DNA from: an uncultured Eubacteriales bacterium
GTDB lineage: Bacteria > Bacillota > Clostridia > Oscillospirales > Oscillospiraceae
Direction of reading: 5' to 3'
Assembly: GCA_900319465.1 (NCBI GenBank)
Contig: ONOL01000001.1
Coordinates: 32,843-96,842, forward strand
DNA: 64,000 nt
Shown here: in pieces, positions 24,993-35,800 of the stretch
Position numbering within the stretch: the first letter of the stretch is position 1
Layout: each line of letters begins with the position of its first letter
Position numbers and translations under genes: made by a program
Notes under the pieces: model-generated
Told to the model about the DNA's origin: nothing
The model's input: the letters and a program-made list of their open reading frames with translations, nothing else
Database searches by the model: none

Positions 24993-26432
24993 TCAGCGGA
25001 AGCGGTCGATCTGGCGGTAGAACTCGCTCAGCTCGGCGTTCAGACGGCGGGCCTCCTCCTGCAGCTCGGCGAGCAGCCCGTCGACGTTGCTCTGGACGCT
25101 GGAGGAGAGCTGCTTCTGCAGCGCCTTCCGGCGCTCCGAGAGCGCGCGCAGATGCGCGCCGGTGCGGATCTGCTGCTGCACCTCCCGGCTGCGGTTGAGC
25201 ACGGCCATCAGCTCCGCCATGCCGTGGAAAAAGTCGTCGGAAAAGCCCTCGTGCTTCGGGCAGCGGCCCATGCGGTAGTTCTCGATCACCGCGCCGTAGC
25301 GCTCGTAAGCATTCTTCACGGCGCTCTCCCAGGAGATGTAGATCTCCCGCTGCGCGCCCTCACCGACGCGCCGCATGCTCTCCGGCGCGGCCAGGATCTC
25401 CGTGAGCCTGGAAGCGAGCGAGGCGGCGTTCTCCTCGATCAGGAAACCGCTCACGCCGTCCTGCACGTCCTCGGCGGCGCAGCTTCCGGCGACGAGGACG
25501 CTCCCCAGCGCGCAGGCCGCCGCCTCGCGCACCACGAGGCCGTTGGTGTCGAAGGTGGAGGGGAAAAGGAAGAGGTCGGCGCGGCAGTACCAGGCGCGGA
25601 TGCGCTCGCGGTCGCGGATGGGCTCGGAGAAGAGCACCTTGCCCGTCAGCCCGAGGGAAGCGGCGTACGCCACGATCTCCTCCTTGTCGGCGCCGCCGCC
25701 GACAAAGACCATGCGGAAATCCTGCCCCGCGCTGTCGAGCGCCTTGAGCGCGTCCAGGAGGATGCGGATCCCCTTGTACCACATCATGCGGCCGACGAAC
25801 AGGAACACCGGCAGGCCGGCGGGCAGATCAAAATCCCCGGTGACCTCCCGGATCAGCGCCTCGTCCACGCGCCCGCGCGGGAAGTCCACGCCGTTCGGCA
25901 TGACCCGGTACTCCCCCTGATAGCCCAGCTTGCGCAGGTTGTCCCCCGCGCCGTCGGAGACTGTCCAGACCTCGTCGCAGGCGGCGATGTTCTGCACCAG
26001 CAGCTTCGCCGCGCCCTCCTGCAAAAGCCGGGAGCGGACGGCGTTGGCAATGTCGATGTCGAACTTCGTGTGGTAGGTGAAAACCACCGGCACGTCGATC
26101 CGGTCCCGCAGGGAGCGGGCGACCATGGTCGAAGTGATGGGGCAGTGGCTGTGGATGATATCAAAATCTGCCTCCTCCAGCGTCTTCATCATCTCCGCCG
26201 AGAAGGGCATGCCCGCCCGGTAGCCCACCAGCTTTGTAACGTCCACGCTGGGATAGCGCACCACCGGGAAGGGATAGACGGAGTCGTCCGCCTCCGGGTA
26301 ATACGGCGTGACCACGGTGGGGCGGCCGAGCCCGTCGGCAATGATCCGCCCGTAGTTGGTGACCGCGTTGGCCACGCCGTCGATGGCGGGCGGGAAGGAG
26401 TCGTTGATCAGACATACGTTGTAGTTTTCCAT
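24993..26432 (-). CDS. GT4-family glycosyltransferase (GT-B fold) with a C-terminal coiled-coil tail
   Basis: 479 aa from the ATG at 26432: MENYNVCLINDSFPPAIDGVANAV...FLFPSTFDTNGLVVREAAACALGSVL (EX7E-type region). The last ~90 aa are helical and charged. Confidence 0.8.
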   Translation of the reverse strand: MENYNVCLINDSFPPAIDGVANAVTNYGRIIADGLGRPTVVTPYYPEADDSVYPFPVVRYPSVDVTKLVGYRAGMPFSAEMMKTLEEADFDIIHSHCPITSTMVARSLRDRIDVPVVFTYHTKFDIDIANAVRSRLLQEGAAKLLVQNIAACDEVWTVSDGAGDNLRKLGYQGEYRVMPNGVDFPRGRVDEALIREVTGDFDLPAGLPVFLFVGRMMWYKGIRILLDALKALDSAGQDFRMVFVGGGADKEEIVAYAASLGLTGKVLFSEPIRDRERIRAWYCRADLFLFPSTFDTNGLVVREAAACALGSVLVAGSCAAEDVQDGVSGFLIEENAASLASRLTEILAAPESMRRVGEGAQREIYISWESAVKNAYERYGAVIENYRMGRCPKHEGFSDDFFHGMAELMAVLNRSREVQQQIRTGAHLRALSERRKALQKQLSSSVQSNVDGLLAELQEEARRLNAELSEFYRQIDRFR

Positions 26433-26733
26433 ATTGTTCCTCCGTATCGGGTCCCTCCGCCGGGCGCGGCGCTCCCGGCAGGGGTTGGATTCATTATAAC
26501 CCACTTTATCCGTTTTGCAAGCGGGCAGCGCCGGCCTGCCCTCATCCTCCTGCCGCCGGCTCCCCGGAAGCGAAGCGGCGCGCGCCTCCCTTCCGCGATG
26601 CGAAAGAGCTCCCTCCATTTTCCCATATTTTCCGGTCAATCTTCTTCTCTTCAACAGCGCCTTGTGACAGGCTTCTTGGAATTACATAATTATAATGATT
26701 TCACATTTATGTAAACTCAGGAGGCGAGTTTTT

Positions 26734-29058
26734 ATGGCATTGGGAGAACAGGGACGGCTGCTGAGCCTGCAGAGGACGGCGGAGGGCCGGCTTGACCGGC
26801 GTTTTTTCACGGCGGCGCACTGCGGCATTTACTTCACGCTGGGCTTTGCGACGGCCTGCGCGCAGGTGGCGGAGAACGGCGCGCCCTTCGGCATGGCGCT
26901 GGTCGCGGCGGCGGGGCCGGGGCTGAGCGGCGTGGCGGCGCTGTTGGGGGCGACGCTGGGCTATCTCGCGTCAAGCGGGCTCGAGTGGGGCATCCGCTAC
27001 GTGGCGGCGGCGGTGCTCGTATACACGGTGGCCTTCGTGTTCCACGAGCTGCCCGTCTACCGCACGCCTTTCTTCATGCCCGCGGCGGCCGCCTCGGTCA
27101 TGGCGGTGACGGCGTGGCTCGGCGGGGTGAGCCTCGCGCGCGATCTGGTCGGGCTGCTGTCGGCGATGTTTCTGGAGACCGTCCTCGCCTTCGGCGGGGC
27201 TTTCTTCTTCCGGGAGGCGCTCGCGGGCGACGGGGAAGACGGCGGGCTGCGGCACGGCGTGGCCGTGATGCTCCTGCTCTCGACGCTGCTGATGACGCTC
27301 TCGCGCCTGATCGTCCTTGACACCGTCTCGATCGGACGGGTGCTGGCGCTGCTGCTGGTGATGGCCTCCGCCATGAAGGGCGGGGCGCTCGCCGGCGCGG
27401 CGGTGGGGACGGTGCTGGGCCTCGCCATGGACGTCGGGAACCCGGGCGCGCCCTTCTACACGATGGCCTACGCCCTCTCGGGCCTTCTCTCCGGCGTGTT
27501 CGGCCGGCACGGGCGCTTCCTCTTCGCCCTCGCCTTCATCCTCAGCGGCGCGCTCGCCGTAGTCTGCGTCTGGACGACGGAGATCTACGTCAGCGCCCTG
27601 TTCGAGACCTTCTGCGCCTCGGTGATCTTCATGCTGCTGCCCGCGTCGTGGCTGGGGCAGCTCGGGATGGTGCTGCAGGGCGCGGAGCGCGGCAGCGGGG
27701 AATCCGGCCTGCGGCGTTTCGCCGCGCGGCGCGTCAAGAATCTCAGCGAGGCCTACGGCGAGCTGTTCGAGACCGTGAGGCGCAGCGTGGAGGAGCCTGT
27801 GAACGACGAGAACGTCGCCCGCGTGTTCGACCGGGCGGCGGATGCGGTCTGCGTGCGCTGCAAGAGCAAGAACCAGTGCTGGAACGCGGACTATCTGGAC
27901 ACGCTCTCCGCCATGAACGACGCCACCCGCGCCATGGTCGCCAAGGGCAGCCTCTCCCCGGAGGACCTGCCCGGCCATTTCCGCGCGAAATGCGGCAATC
28001 TCAACGCCTTCGTCACCGCCGTCAACGGGGAGCTGCGCTCCATGGCCTACCGGCGGCAGCTCCGCGCCCGCCTGTCGGAGAGCCGGAGCGTAGCCTGGGA
28101 GCAGTACGCCGACATCGCGCAGGTGCTCGGCAGCGTCGCGGACGAGCTCGGCAGCATCAACGGCGCCGACCCCCTCGCCGAGCGGCGGCTGCTGCGCTAT
28201 CTGCGCGCGCGGGACCTCGACGCGGAGGCCTCGGTCTACCGGGACGGCAGCGGGCGCATGCGCATCGTGATCGAGAGCGGGCGCCTCACGCCGCTGACCG
28301 ACGAGCCCGACTATCTGGAGAAGCTCTCGGCGGTGGTGGGGGTGCGCCTGTGCCGTCCGGAGGAGACGGCGGCGGGCGCGTCGCGGCTGACGCTGCTGGA
28401 GGCCGAGCCGCTGGCCGTGTCGGTCGGGATCGCCGCTCTGAAAAAGCGGGGCGAGAAGGTCAGCGGCGACAAGGGCAGCTACTTCAAGACCGACGCGGGC
28501 GTGCTGTGTGTGCTGCTCTCCGACGGCATGGGCACCGGCGACGAGGCCGCCCGGGACAGCGAACGGGTCGTCGCCATCCTGGAGAAGTTCCTGCGCTCCG
28601 GCGTGGACCCGGCGGTGGCGATGAAGATCCTGAACTCCGTCATGCTGCTGCGCAGTCCCGACTCCTGGGGCTACGCCACGGTGGATCTGATGTGCGTGGA
28701 CCTCTTCAGCGGCGACGCCTGCTTCTATAAATACGGCGCCGCCCCCTCCTATGTAAAGAACGGGACGAGCATCCGGCGCATCGAGGGCGAAAGCCTCGCC
28801 GCAGGCCTGAGCGCCGGGGACGGGGCGGGCATCGCGCCGGACACGGTGCGCATGCGCCTCAAGCCCGGATCGCTCGCGCTGGTGGCCTCCGACGGGGTGC
28901 TCGCGGACGCGGAGGACGACTGGCTCAAGAGCCTGCTGGCGCAGGAGGGCTCGGACATGAAGGCGCTGGCACGCCTGGTGCTGCGGCAGGCGGAGGAGCG
29001 CTTCGGCGCCGCCGACGACATGACCGTGGTCACGGTCCGGGTGGAGGAGCGCGTATGA
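26734..29058 (+). CDS. spoIIE: stage II sporulation protein E (PP2C phosphatase, polytopic N-terminus)
   Basis: 774 aa from the ATG after AGGAGG. About 10 TM helices are followed by a central domain and a PP2C domain (VSGDKGSYFKTDAGVLCVLLSDGMGTGDEAARDS...ASDGV...DDMTVV). Confidence 0.9.
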   Translation: MALGEQGRLLSLQRTAEGRLDRRFFTAAHCGIYFTLGFATACAQVAENGAPFGMALVAAAGPGLSGVAALLGATLGYLASSGLEWGIRYVAAAVLVYTVAFVFHELPVYRTPFFMPAAAASVMAVTAWLGGVSLARDLVGLLSAMFLETVLAFGGAFFFREALAGDGEDGGLRHGVAVMLLLSTLLMTLSRLIVLDTVSIGRVLALLLVMASAMKGGALAGAAVGTVLGLAMDVGNPGAPFYTMAYALSGLLSGVFGRHGRFLFALAFILSGALAVVCVWTTEIYVSALFETFCASVIFMLLPASWLGQLGMVLQGAERGSGESGLRRFAARRVKNLSEAYGELFETVRRSVEEPVNDENVARVFDRAADAVCVRCKSKNQCWNADYLDTLSAMNDATRAMVAKGSLSPEDLPGHFRAKCGNLNAFVTAVNGELRSMAYRRQLRARLSESRSVAWEQYADIAQVLGSVADELGSINGADPLAERRLLRYLRARDLDAEASVYRDGSGRMRIVIESGRLTPLTDEPDYLEKLSAVVGVRLCRPEETAAGASRLTLLEAEPLAVSVGIAALKKRGEKVSGDKGSYFKTDAGVLCVLLSDGMGTGDEAARDSERVVAILEKFLRSGVDPAVAMKILNSVMLLRSPDSWGYATVDLMCVDLFSGDACFYKYGAAPSYVKNGTSIRRIEGESLAAGLSAGDGAGIAPDTVRMRLKPGSLALVASDGVLADAEDDWLKSLLAQEGSDMKALARLVLRQAEERFGAADDMTVVTVRVEERV

Positions 29059-29366
29059 TCCTCTCCCGTCTCAGAAGCCGCTTTCTCCCGCGCAGGGCCA
29101 GTCCCCGTCCCGTCCGGGGCACCGTGAGCAGCGTGATCGTGGTCCGGGAGCCCGCCCCCTGCTTCCGGGAGGCTCTGTTTGTCCTGCGGGACGAGTATCT
29201 GGCCGACCCGAGCCGGGATCGGGAGGCGCTGATGCGCGAGGCGCGCGAGGCGGCGGCCGCCTTCTCCGGCGCAGAGGCGCCGCGGCGGAAGCCCTGGCTG
29301 CTGCCGGCGGCGCTTGCGGGGCTCGGGGCGGCGGCGCTGGCCGTCTGGTATTTTCTTCTTTGTTGA
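29055..29366 (+). CDS. hypothetical tail-anchored small protein (103 aa)
   Basis: ATGA overlap with the spoIIE stop. The N-terminus is Arg-rich, and there is a C-terminal TM segment (WLLPAALAGLGAAALAVWYFLLC). The composition could also be a GC artefact. Confidence 0.4.
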   Translation: MILSRLRSRFLPRRASPRPVRGTVSSVIVVREPAPCFREALFVLRDEYLADPSRDREALMREAREAAAAFSGAEAPRRKPWLLPAALAGLGAAALAVWYFLLC

Positions 29367-29379
29367 CAGCGCGGAGACC

Positions 29380-29415
29380 GCGGGAGGGGATGCAATCCCC
29401 TCCCGCGTTTGCCGT
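29380..29415 (+). terminator. rho-independent terminator
   Basis: GCGGGAGGGGA-TGCAA-TCCCCTCCCGC followed by GTTTGCCGTTTG. Confidence 0.55.
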
Positions 29416-29433
29416 TTGTGCGCCCTCTTGCGG

Positions 29434-29462
29434 TTGACAAGCCCCCGCGCCCGGGGTAAGAT
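29434..29462 (+). promoter_or_regulatory. sigma-A-type promoter ahead of a ~250-nt leader
   Basis: TTGACA, 17 nt, TAAGAT. Confidence 0.45.
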
Positions 29463-29718
29463 ATTCTTATCTGAATATGGAAAATACCAGTCAGGATGGG
29501 GCTTATGTACCCTTCGCGGATCGCCGGCAACGAATGGCTCCTGTCCCGCTCCGGGCGCGCGCCCGGCGCTCGGCAATCGTCCGGCGCTATGCGCTCAATC
29601 TCCTGCGCGCCGAGGCCCGGCGCAGGAAACAGGAAAAACAGATGAAACACGAGGCCTGACGCAAAGCCCGTTCCGGCCTTCGCTCTTTCCCCCCCATTCC
29701 ATCCACCCGGAGGTTTCC

Positions 29719-31392
29719 ATGCTGACACGCCCGAACCTGCCAGACAAGCGCATGCTGCGCATCGCCGCCCTGCCGGGGCTGCTGCTCGCGCTCTGCGCCT
29801 GCTTCGGCTTCTGCCTGATCGCGTACGACCGCGTCCCCTACGCCTCCCCCCTGCTGTGGGCGGCGGCGCTGGGGCTTACGCTCGTGTGTACGCTGCTCTT
29901 CTGCGCCCTCTGGCTGGCGCTGGCGAAGGCGGAAGCGCTGCTCGAGCGCGCGAAGCCGCGATTTTCCGGGCTGTTCGGGCGGCAGTGGCTCCTGTGGCTG
30001 CTGATCCTGCTCTGCTGGACGCCCTGCTGGCTCGCCGTCTTTCCCGGCAACTTCGCCTACGACACCGGCGGCGAATACGACCAGTGCGCCTTCGGCTTCA
30101 GCCGCGCCTATCCGCGGCTGCACTCCTGGCTCAACATCGAGATCATCAACCGCAGCTTCGGTCTCACCGGCTCCTTCAACGCGGGCGTCGCGCTCTTCAC
30201 GCTGCTGCACATGGCGCTGCTGGCGCTGCTGTTTTCCTGGATGCTCCGCCGCCTGCACCGGCTCGGCCTGAACGGCTGGGTACTGCTCGCGGGGCTTGTC
30301 TGGTGCGCGCTCTTTCCCACGGTGCAGATGCTCGCCGTGAGCCCCATCCGCGACATGATGTTCGCCGGGAACCTCACCGCGCTCTGCTTCCTGCTCGTGC
30401 TCCTCGGCCGGGACCGCGCCGCTTTCTGGCGCTCCCCCGGGCTGATCCTCGGGCTCGCCGCCCTCAGCGCCCTGACGATCCTCTCTCGCAACAACAGCTC
30501 TCCCCTGCTCGCGCTCTGCGTGCTCGCGCTGCTCGCCCTGGTGCTGCTCCTGGGCGCCGGAAAGGACAATCGCCGCGGCGCGCTTCTCTTCGCGGCGGCG
30601 GCCTTCCTGCTCTACGGCGGGTTGAACGCCTTTCTGAGCGCCGCCTGCCGCCCCGAGGCGGAGGCGAGCGTCGTCAGCGGTTACGCCGCGCTGACCCAGC
30701 CCATCACCCGCTGCTACGCGCTCGACGGGAAGGACTGGAGCGAGCAGGAGCGCAGCCTCTACGCCTCCTTTTTCCGCACCGAGGGGCAGACCTACGTGGA
30801 AAACGACGGGGACGTGTCCCTGGCCGCGCTGAAGAAGCTGCGCGGCGAGAACGGGCTGGGCGACTTTGCGCGCCTCTGGCTGACGCTGTTTCGCCGCTAC
30901 CCCGGCACCTATCTGGACGCATGGCTCGCCCATACCCGGGCGCTCTGGCTCCCCGGCGACGTGATCGACGGCTATGTGCGCTCCGGCGGCTACGAGGGGC
31001 GCGAGACCTGTTACTTCTACTACACGCGCGATCTCCCCGGCCCCGGGCACTTCCGGGAGCTGCTGCCCGCGGTGCACGATTTCTATGAGCGCATCGGCAC
31101 CATGCTGAGCTTCGAGCGCATCCCCGTGCTGCGGGAGATCTTCTCCGTCGGCTTCCATTTCTGGCTGCTGCTCGGGACGCTCTTCTACCTCCGCTGGCGG
31201 CGCAGGCAGGCGGGCGCGCTGCTGCTCCTGCTGGCCTACGCCCTGCTCTCCGCCCTCTGTCCGCTGATCCTGGTGCGCTACTTCGCGGCGCTCTATCTCG
31301 CCTTCCCGCTGCTGCTCGCGTCGCTGCTGCAGCCGGGGCGGCTGTACGCGGAGCAGCCGCGGGCGGTCACGGTATCCGCCGATCCGAAGTAA
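29719..31392 (+). CDS. large polytopic membrane protein of unknown function (glycosyltransferase-C-like topology)
   Basis: 557 aa from the ATG after GGAGG: MLTRPNLPDKRMLRIAALPGLLLALCACFGF... About 11 hydrophobic helices surround a soluble loop of ~150 aa. I recognise no catalytic motif. Confidence 0.6.
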   Translation: MLTRPNLPDKRMLRIAALPGLLLALCACFGFCLIAYDRVPYASPLLWAAALGLTLVCTLLFCALWLALAKAEALLERAKPRFSGLFGRQWLLWLLILLCWTPCWLAVFPGNFAYDTGGEYDQCAFGFSRAYPRLHSWLNIEIINRSFGLTGSFNAGVALFTLLHMALLALLFSWMLRRLHRLGLNGWVLLAGLVWCALFPTVQMLAVSPIRDMMFAGNLTALCFLLVLLGRDRAAFWRSPGLILGLAALSALTILSRNNSSPLLALCVLALLALVLLLGAGKDNRRGALLFAAAAFLLYGGLNAFLSAACRPEAEASVVSGYAALTQPITRCYALDGKDWSEQERSLYASFFRTEGQTYVENDGDVSLAALKKLRGENGLGDFARLWLTLFRRYPGTYLDAWLAHTRALWLPGDVIDGYVRSGGYEGRETCYFYYTRDLPGPGHFRELLPAVHDFYERIGTMLSFERIPVLREIFSVGFHFWLLLGTLFYLRWRRRQAGALLLLLAYALLSALCPLILVRYFAALYLAFPLLLASLLQPGRLYAEQPRAVTVSADPK

Positions 31393-31410
31393 TTCATACA
31401 AAGAAAAATC

Positions 31411-31452
31411 CGCTCGCCGGGACAGCGATTTCATTCGCTGTCCCGGCGAGCG
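31411..31452. terminator. bidirectional terminator hairpin
   Basis: Perfect 18-bp stem CGCTCGCCGGGACAGCGA-TTTCAT-TCGCTGTCCCGGCGAGCG, between convergent genes. Confidence 0.65.
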
Positions 31453-31479
31453 TGTTTCGTTTCCTTTTCGGGGCGCCGC

Positions 31480-32670
31480 TTACTTCGCGTTATACTTCTC
31501 GATGGCGACGGCAAGCACCTCCATCGCCCGCTCGATATCGGCGCAGTTGATGGTGTAGGCCATGCGCACCTCGTTTTTGCCCTTGCCGGGCGTGCCGTAA
31601 AAGGGCTCCCCGCAGGCGAAGAGCACCGTGTCCCCGTGGTCGTCGAACTCGTTGAGGAGCCAGTGCTGGAAGCGGTCCGAGTCGTCCACGGGCAGGGCGG
31701 CCATCACATAGAAGGCGCCCTTCGGCTCCCGGCACACCACGCCGGGGATCTTCTTCAGGCAGCGCATCAGCGTGTCGCGCCGGCGTTTGTACTCCTCGCG
31801 CACCGCCTCGAAATAGCTGGGGTCGAGCCGGTAGAGGGCGGCCGCCGCCACCTGGTCCACCGTGGCCGAGCAGAGGCGGCACTGGCACCACTTCATCGCC
31901 TGGCGCATGAAGTCCTGATTGCGGGAGATGAGCATACCCACGCGGGCGCCGCAGGCGGAGAAGCGCTTGGAGACCGAGTCGATGACCACGACGTTCTGCT
32001 CGTAGCCCTCAAACTGCAGGGCGCTCATCAGCGGCTCGCCGCCGTACACGAACTCGCGGTACACCTCGTCGCAGACGATGAGCAGGTCGTGCTCCTTCGC
32101 GATGTCGAGCATCAGCTTCAGCTCCTCCGGCTCCAGCACCGCGCCGGTGGGGTTGCCGGGGTTGGTGATCATGATGGCGCGGGTGCGCTCGTTGATGCAG
32201 GCCTCGACCCGCTCGCGCACGGCGTAGCGATAGCCCTCCTCCGGACAGGTGGTCACCGGGCGGATCGTCGCCCCGGCGAGCGTCACGGAGGTGTGATAGT
32301 TGGGATAGAAGGGCTCGGGGATCACGATCTCGTCCCCGTCGTCCAGGATCGCTGCCATGGCCATCTGCAGCGCCTCGCTGCCGCCGGTGGTCGCGTAGAT
32401 CTCGCTGCGCTCAAGCTGGACGCCGATGCGCGCATAGTACGCCCGCACCGCGTCCAGCAGCTCGCCGACACCGGGAGAGGGCGCATAGGCCAGCACCGGC
32501 TGGGCAAAGGCCTTGAGCGCGTCAAAATAGGCCGCGGGCGTGACGATGTCCGGCTGGCCGATGTTCAAATGGTAGATCTTTTTGCCGTTCTCCACGGCTT
32601 TGGCGGCCTCGCCGTTGAACTTGCGCATCGGGGAGAGTCCGCAGCGTTCCATTTTCGATGAATACTTCAT
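31480..32670 (-). CDS. class I/II PLP-dependent aminotransferase (aspartate/aromatic type)
   Basis: 396 aa from the ATG at 32670 (AAGGAG RBS): LNIGQPD...GGSEALQMAMAAILDDGDEIVIPEPFYPNY...VIDSVSKRFSACGARVG (the PLP-binding lysine is in SVSKRF). Confidence 0.85.
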   Translation of the reverse strand: MKYSSKMERCGLSPMRKFNGEAAKAVENGKKIYHLNIGQPDIVTPAAYFDALKAFAQPVLAYAPSPGVGELLDAVRAYYARIGVQLERSEIYATTGGSEALQMAMAAILDDGDEIVIPEPFYPNYHTSVTLAGATIRPVTTCPEEGYRYAVRERVEACINERTRAIMITNPGNPTGAVLEPEELKLMLDIAKEHDLLIVCDEVYREFVYGGEPLMSALQFEGYEQNVVVIDSVSKRFSACGARVGMLISRNQDFMRQAMKWCQCRLCSATVDQVAAAALYRLDPSYFEAVREEYKRRRDTLMRCLKKIPGVVCREPKGAFYVMAALPVDDSDRFQHWLLNEFDDHGDTVLFACGEPFYGTPGKGKNEVRMAYTINCADIERAMEVLAVAIEKYNAK

Positions 32671-32830
32671 GGGTCGTTCTCCTTTCATTTGGCATTATTT
32701 TACTATACCCGAAAGCGCCGCGCAAGAGACAAGCCGCGATTTTTAACCCGCCGGGCTTGCTCTGCCGCACCGTTTTTGATATGATATAATGAAAGAATGT
32801 ACGAATATACGACAGGGAGGAAGCTTTCGC

Positions 32831-35800
32831 ATGCTGCGTCTGCTCATCGGCAAGGCGGGGTCGGGCAAGACCGCCGCCGTTATCGGGGAGATCCGCCGGG
32901 CCGTCCAGGCCGGGCGGGGCGGCAGCATGCTTCTCGTGCCCGAGCAGTACAGCCACGAGGCCGAGCGCGAGCTCTGCCGCGCTTGCGGCGACTCCCTCTC
33001 CCTCTACGCCGAGGTGTTCAGCTTCACGGGGCTCGCCCGGCGCGTGCTGCAGCAGCAGGGCGGCGCGGCCGTTCCATGGCTCGACAAGGGCGGCCGGCTG
33101 CTGTGCATGGCGCTCGCGCTCGAGCAGGTCGGCTCCCGGCTGCGGGTCTACGACGAGGCGAGGCGCCGCAGCGAGCTGCAGGCCATGCTGCTGGCCGCCG
33201 TGGACGAGTGCAAGAGCGCCTGCGTCACCCCCGAGATGCTTGAGGAGGCCGCCGCCGGCTGCGACGACAGTCTGGGCGACAAGCTCTCCGACCTCGCGCT
33301 GATCCAGTCTGCCTACGACGCGATCGCGGCCAACGGCCGCGCCGACCCCTCCGACCGGCTCAGCGTGCTCGCGGAGAAGATCGCCTCCTCCGATCTCGGC
33401 CCGGCCAACCGCGTCTACGTGGACGGCTTCATCGACTTTACCCGGCAGGAGCAGGCGGTGCTGACCGCGCTGCTGCAGAAGGGCGTGGAGCTCACGGTCT
33501 GTATGACCGTGGACGAGCCGGAGGGCGAGAACGAGATCTTCGCCCTCTCGCGCATCTCCTGCCGCCGCCTTCTGGACGCGGCGCGGGAGCTCGGCGTCCC
33601 CTCGCGCACCGAGACGCTGCGCGGCGCCTCCAAGCCGGACGTGCTGCGCTTTTTCAGCGATCATATGTTTTCCTGGTCCCCGGCGCGCTGGGAGGGATCG
33701 GAGCCCCCGGTGTACCTGGCCGCCGCCGAGAGCATCAGCGCCGAGTGCGAATACGCCGCGGCGCGCATCCTTGCGCTTGTGCGAAACGACGGCTTCCGCT
33801 GGCGGGATCTCGCCGTCGCGGTGCGCGGCTTCGAGGCTTACCGCGGGACGCTGGAGAGCGTGTTCCGGCACTACGGCATCCCCCTTTTCACCGCGCAGCG
33901 CAGCGAGCTGCTGCAAAAGCCGCTGCCCGCGCTGATCGCCCTCGCCTATGAGATCCTTGAGAGCGGCTGGGACGTGGACGACCTCATCAGCTACCTGCGC
34001 ACGGGGCTCACAGGCCTCTCCCTGGAAGAGTGCGACGAGCTCTCCGACTACATCTACAAATGGCAGCTTCGCGCCGGCGCGTGGGAGCGCGTGGGCGCCT
34101 GGCGGCAGCACCCCGACGGCTACGGGGCGCCCTACGACGAGGCGGCGGAGGAAGCGCTGCGCCGCCTGAACGCCCTGCGCGAACGGCTGCGCGCTCCCCT
34201 GCTGCATCTGCGGGAGCGCGGCCTCGCCGCGGAGACCGCGGAGGGGCAGGCCGCGGCGCTGGCCGCCTTTCTGGAGGAGCTGCGTCTGCCCGAGCAGCTT
34301 GAACGGCGCTCGCAGGCGCTGGAGGCAAACGGGCAGCAGGCGCTGGCCGCCGAATACCGCCAGCTCTGGGAGCTCACGGTCTCGGCGCTCGAGCAGGCCG
34401 CCGCGATCCTCGGCGAGAGCGCCATGGATATGTGGGACTTCGGGCGGCTCTTCCTGCGGATGCTCAGCCAGTATGACGTCGGGATCATTCCGGTCTCGCT
34501 GGACCGGGTCTCCGCCGGCGACTTCGACCGGATGCGCCGCCGCACGATCCGGCACCTTTTCGTGCTCGGCTGCAGCGACGACCGCCTGCCCCTCGCGGGC
34601 GAGGAAAACCGGGTCTTTACCGGTGAGGAGCGCGAGCGCCTGCTGCAGATGAACATCGACCTTGGGGGCGGGGACGGCGAGCTGTGGCGGGAGTTTTCCC
34701 TGATCTACCACTGCCTGACCCTGCCCGACCGGGGGCTGCACCTGAGCTATCCCGTCACCGGCGCGGACGGCGAGGCGCTGCGGCCCTCGCTGGTCTTCAG
34801 CCGCGCCGAGGCGCTTTTCTCCCTGTCGGTGGAGAGCGCCGCCGCTTCCCAACTGCGCCTTGCCGCCGAAGCGCCGGCGCTGACGCTTGCGGCTTCCGCG
34901 CTGCACGGCGCCCGCGGCGCCGCGCAGGCGGCCGCGGCCTACTTCCGCGAGACGCAGCCGGAGCGCTTTGCGCGCATCGAGCAGGCCGCCGCGATGCGTC
35001 GCGGGCGGCTCTCTCCCGAGGCGGTGCGCGCCCTGTACGGCAGCCGCCTGCGCCTGAGCGCGTCGCGGATCGATAAATTCGCCTCCTGCCGCTTCGCCTA
35101 TTTCTGCCAATACGGCCTGCAGGCCAAAAAATACGAGCCGGCGGGCTTCACGCCCCCCGAGATCGGCACCTTCATGCACTACGTGCTCGAGCACGTGGCG
35201 CGCGCGGCGGCCGCGCGCGGCGGCTTTGCGGCGTTGAGCGACGAGGAGCTGCACGCGCTGACCGAGGATACCGTCGCCGCCTACGTGCACGGGGAGCTCA
35301 ACGACTTCAAGGAAAAAAGCAGCCGCTTCCTGCACCTTTTCCGCCGCCTCACGCGGGACGTGCACCGGGTCGTGGACGACATGGCGGGCGAGCTGCGGCG
35401 CTCGGACTTCGTGCCGCTCGATTTCGAGCTGGACTTCTCCAGGGCGCAGGATATCCGCCCGGTGGAGCTCGGGCGCGGCGAGGCCGCCGTCACGCTCACC
35501 GGCATCGCCGACCGCGTGGACGGCTGGGTGCACGGGGACAAGCTCTATCTGCGCGTGGTGGATTATAAGACCGGAGTCAAGAAATTCTCCCTGTCCGACG
35601 TGTGGTACGGCATGGGGCTGCAGATGCTGCTCTACCTCTTCGCGCTGGAAAACGACGGCGCGGGGCGCTACGGGCGCGAAATCGTCCCGGCGGGCGTGAT
35701 GTACGTCCCGGCCCGCAGCGTCCTGCTGCCCATGGACGCGGACGCCGACGACGAGCACGTGGAGAAGGAACGGCGGAGCCTGCTGCGCCGCAGCGGCCTC

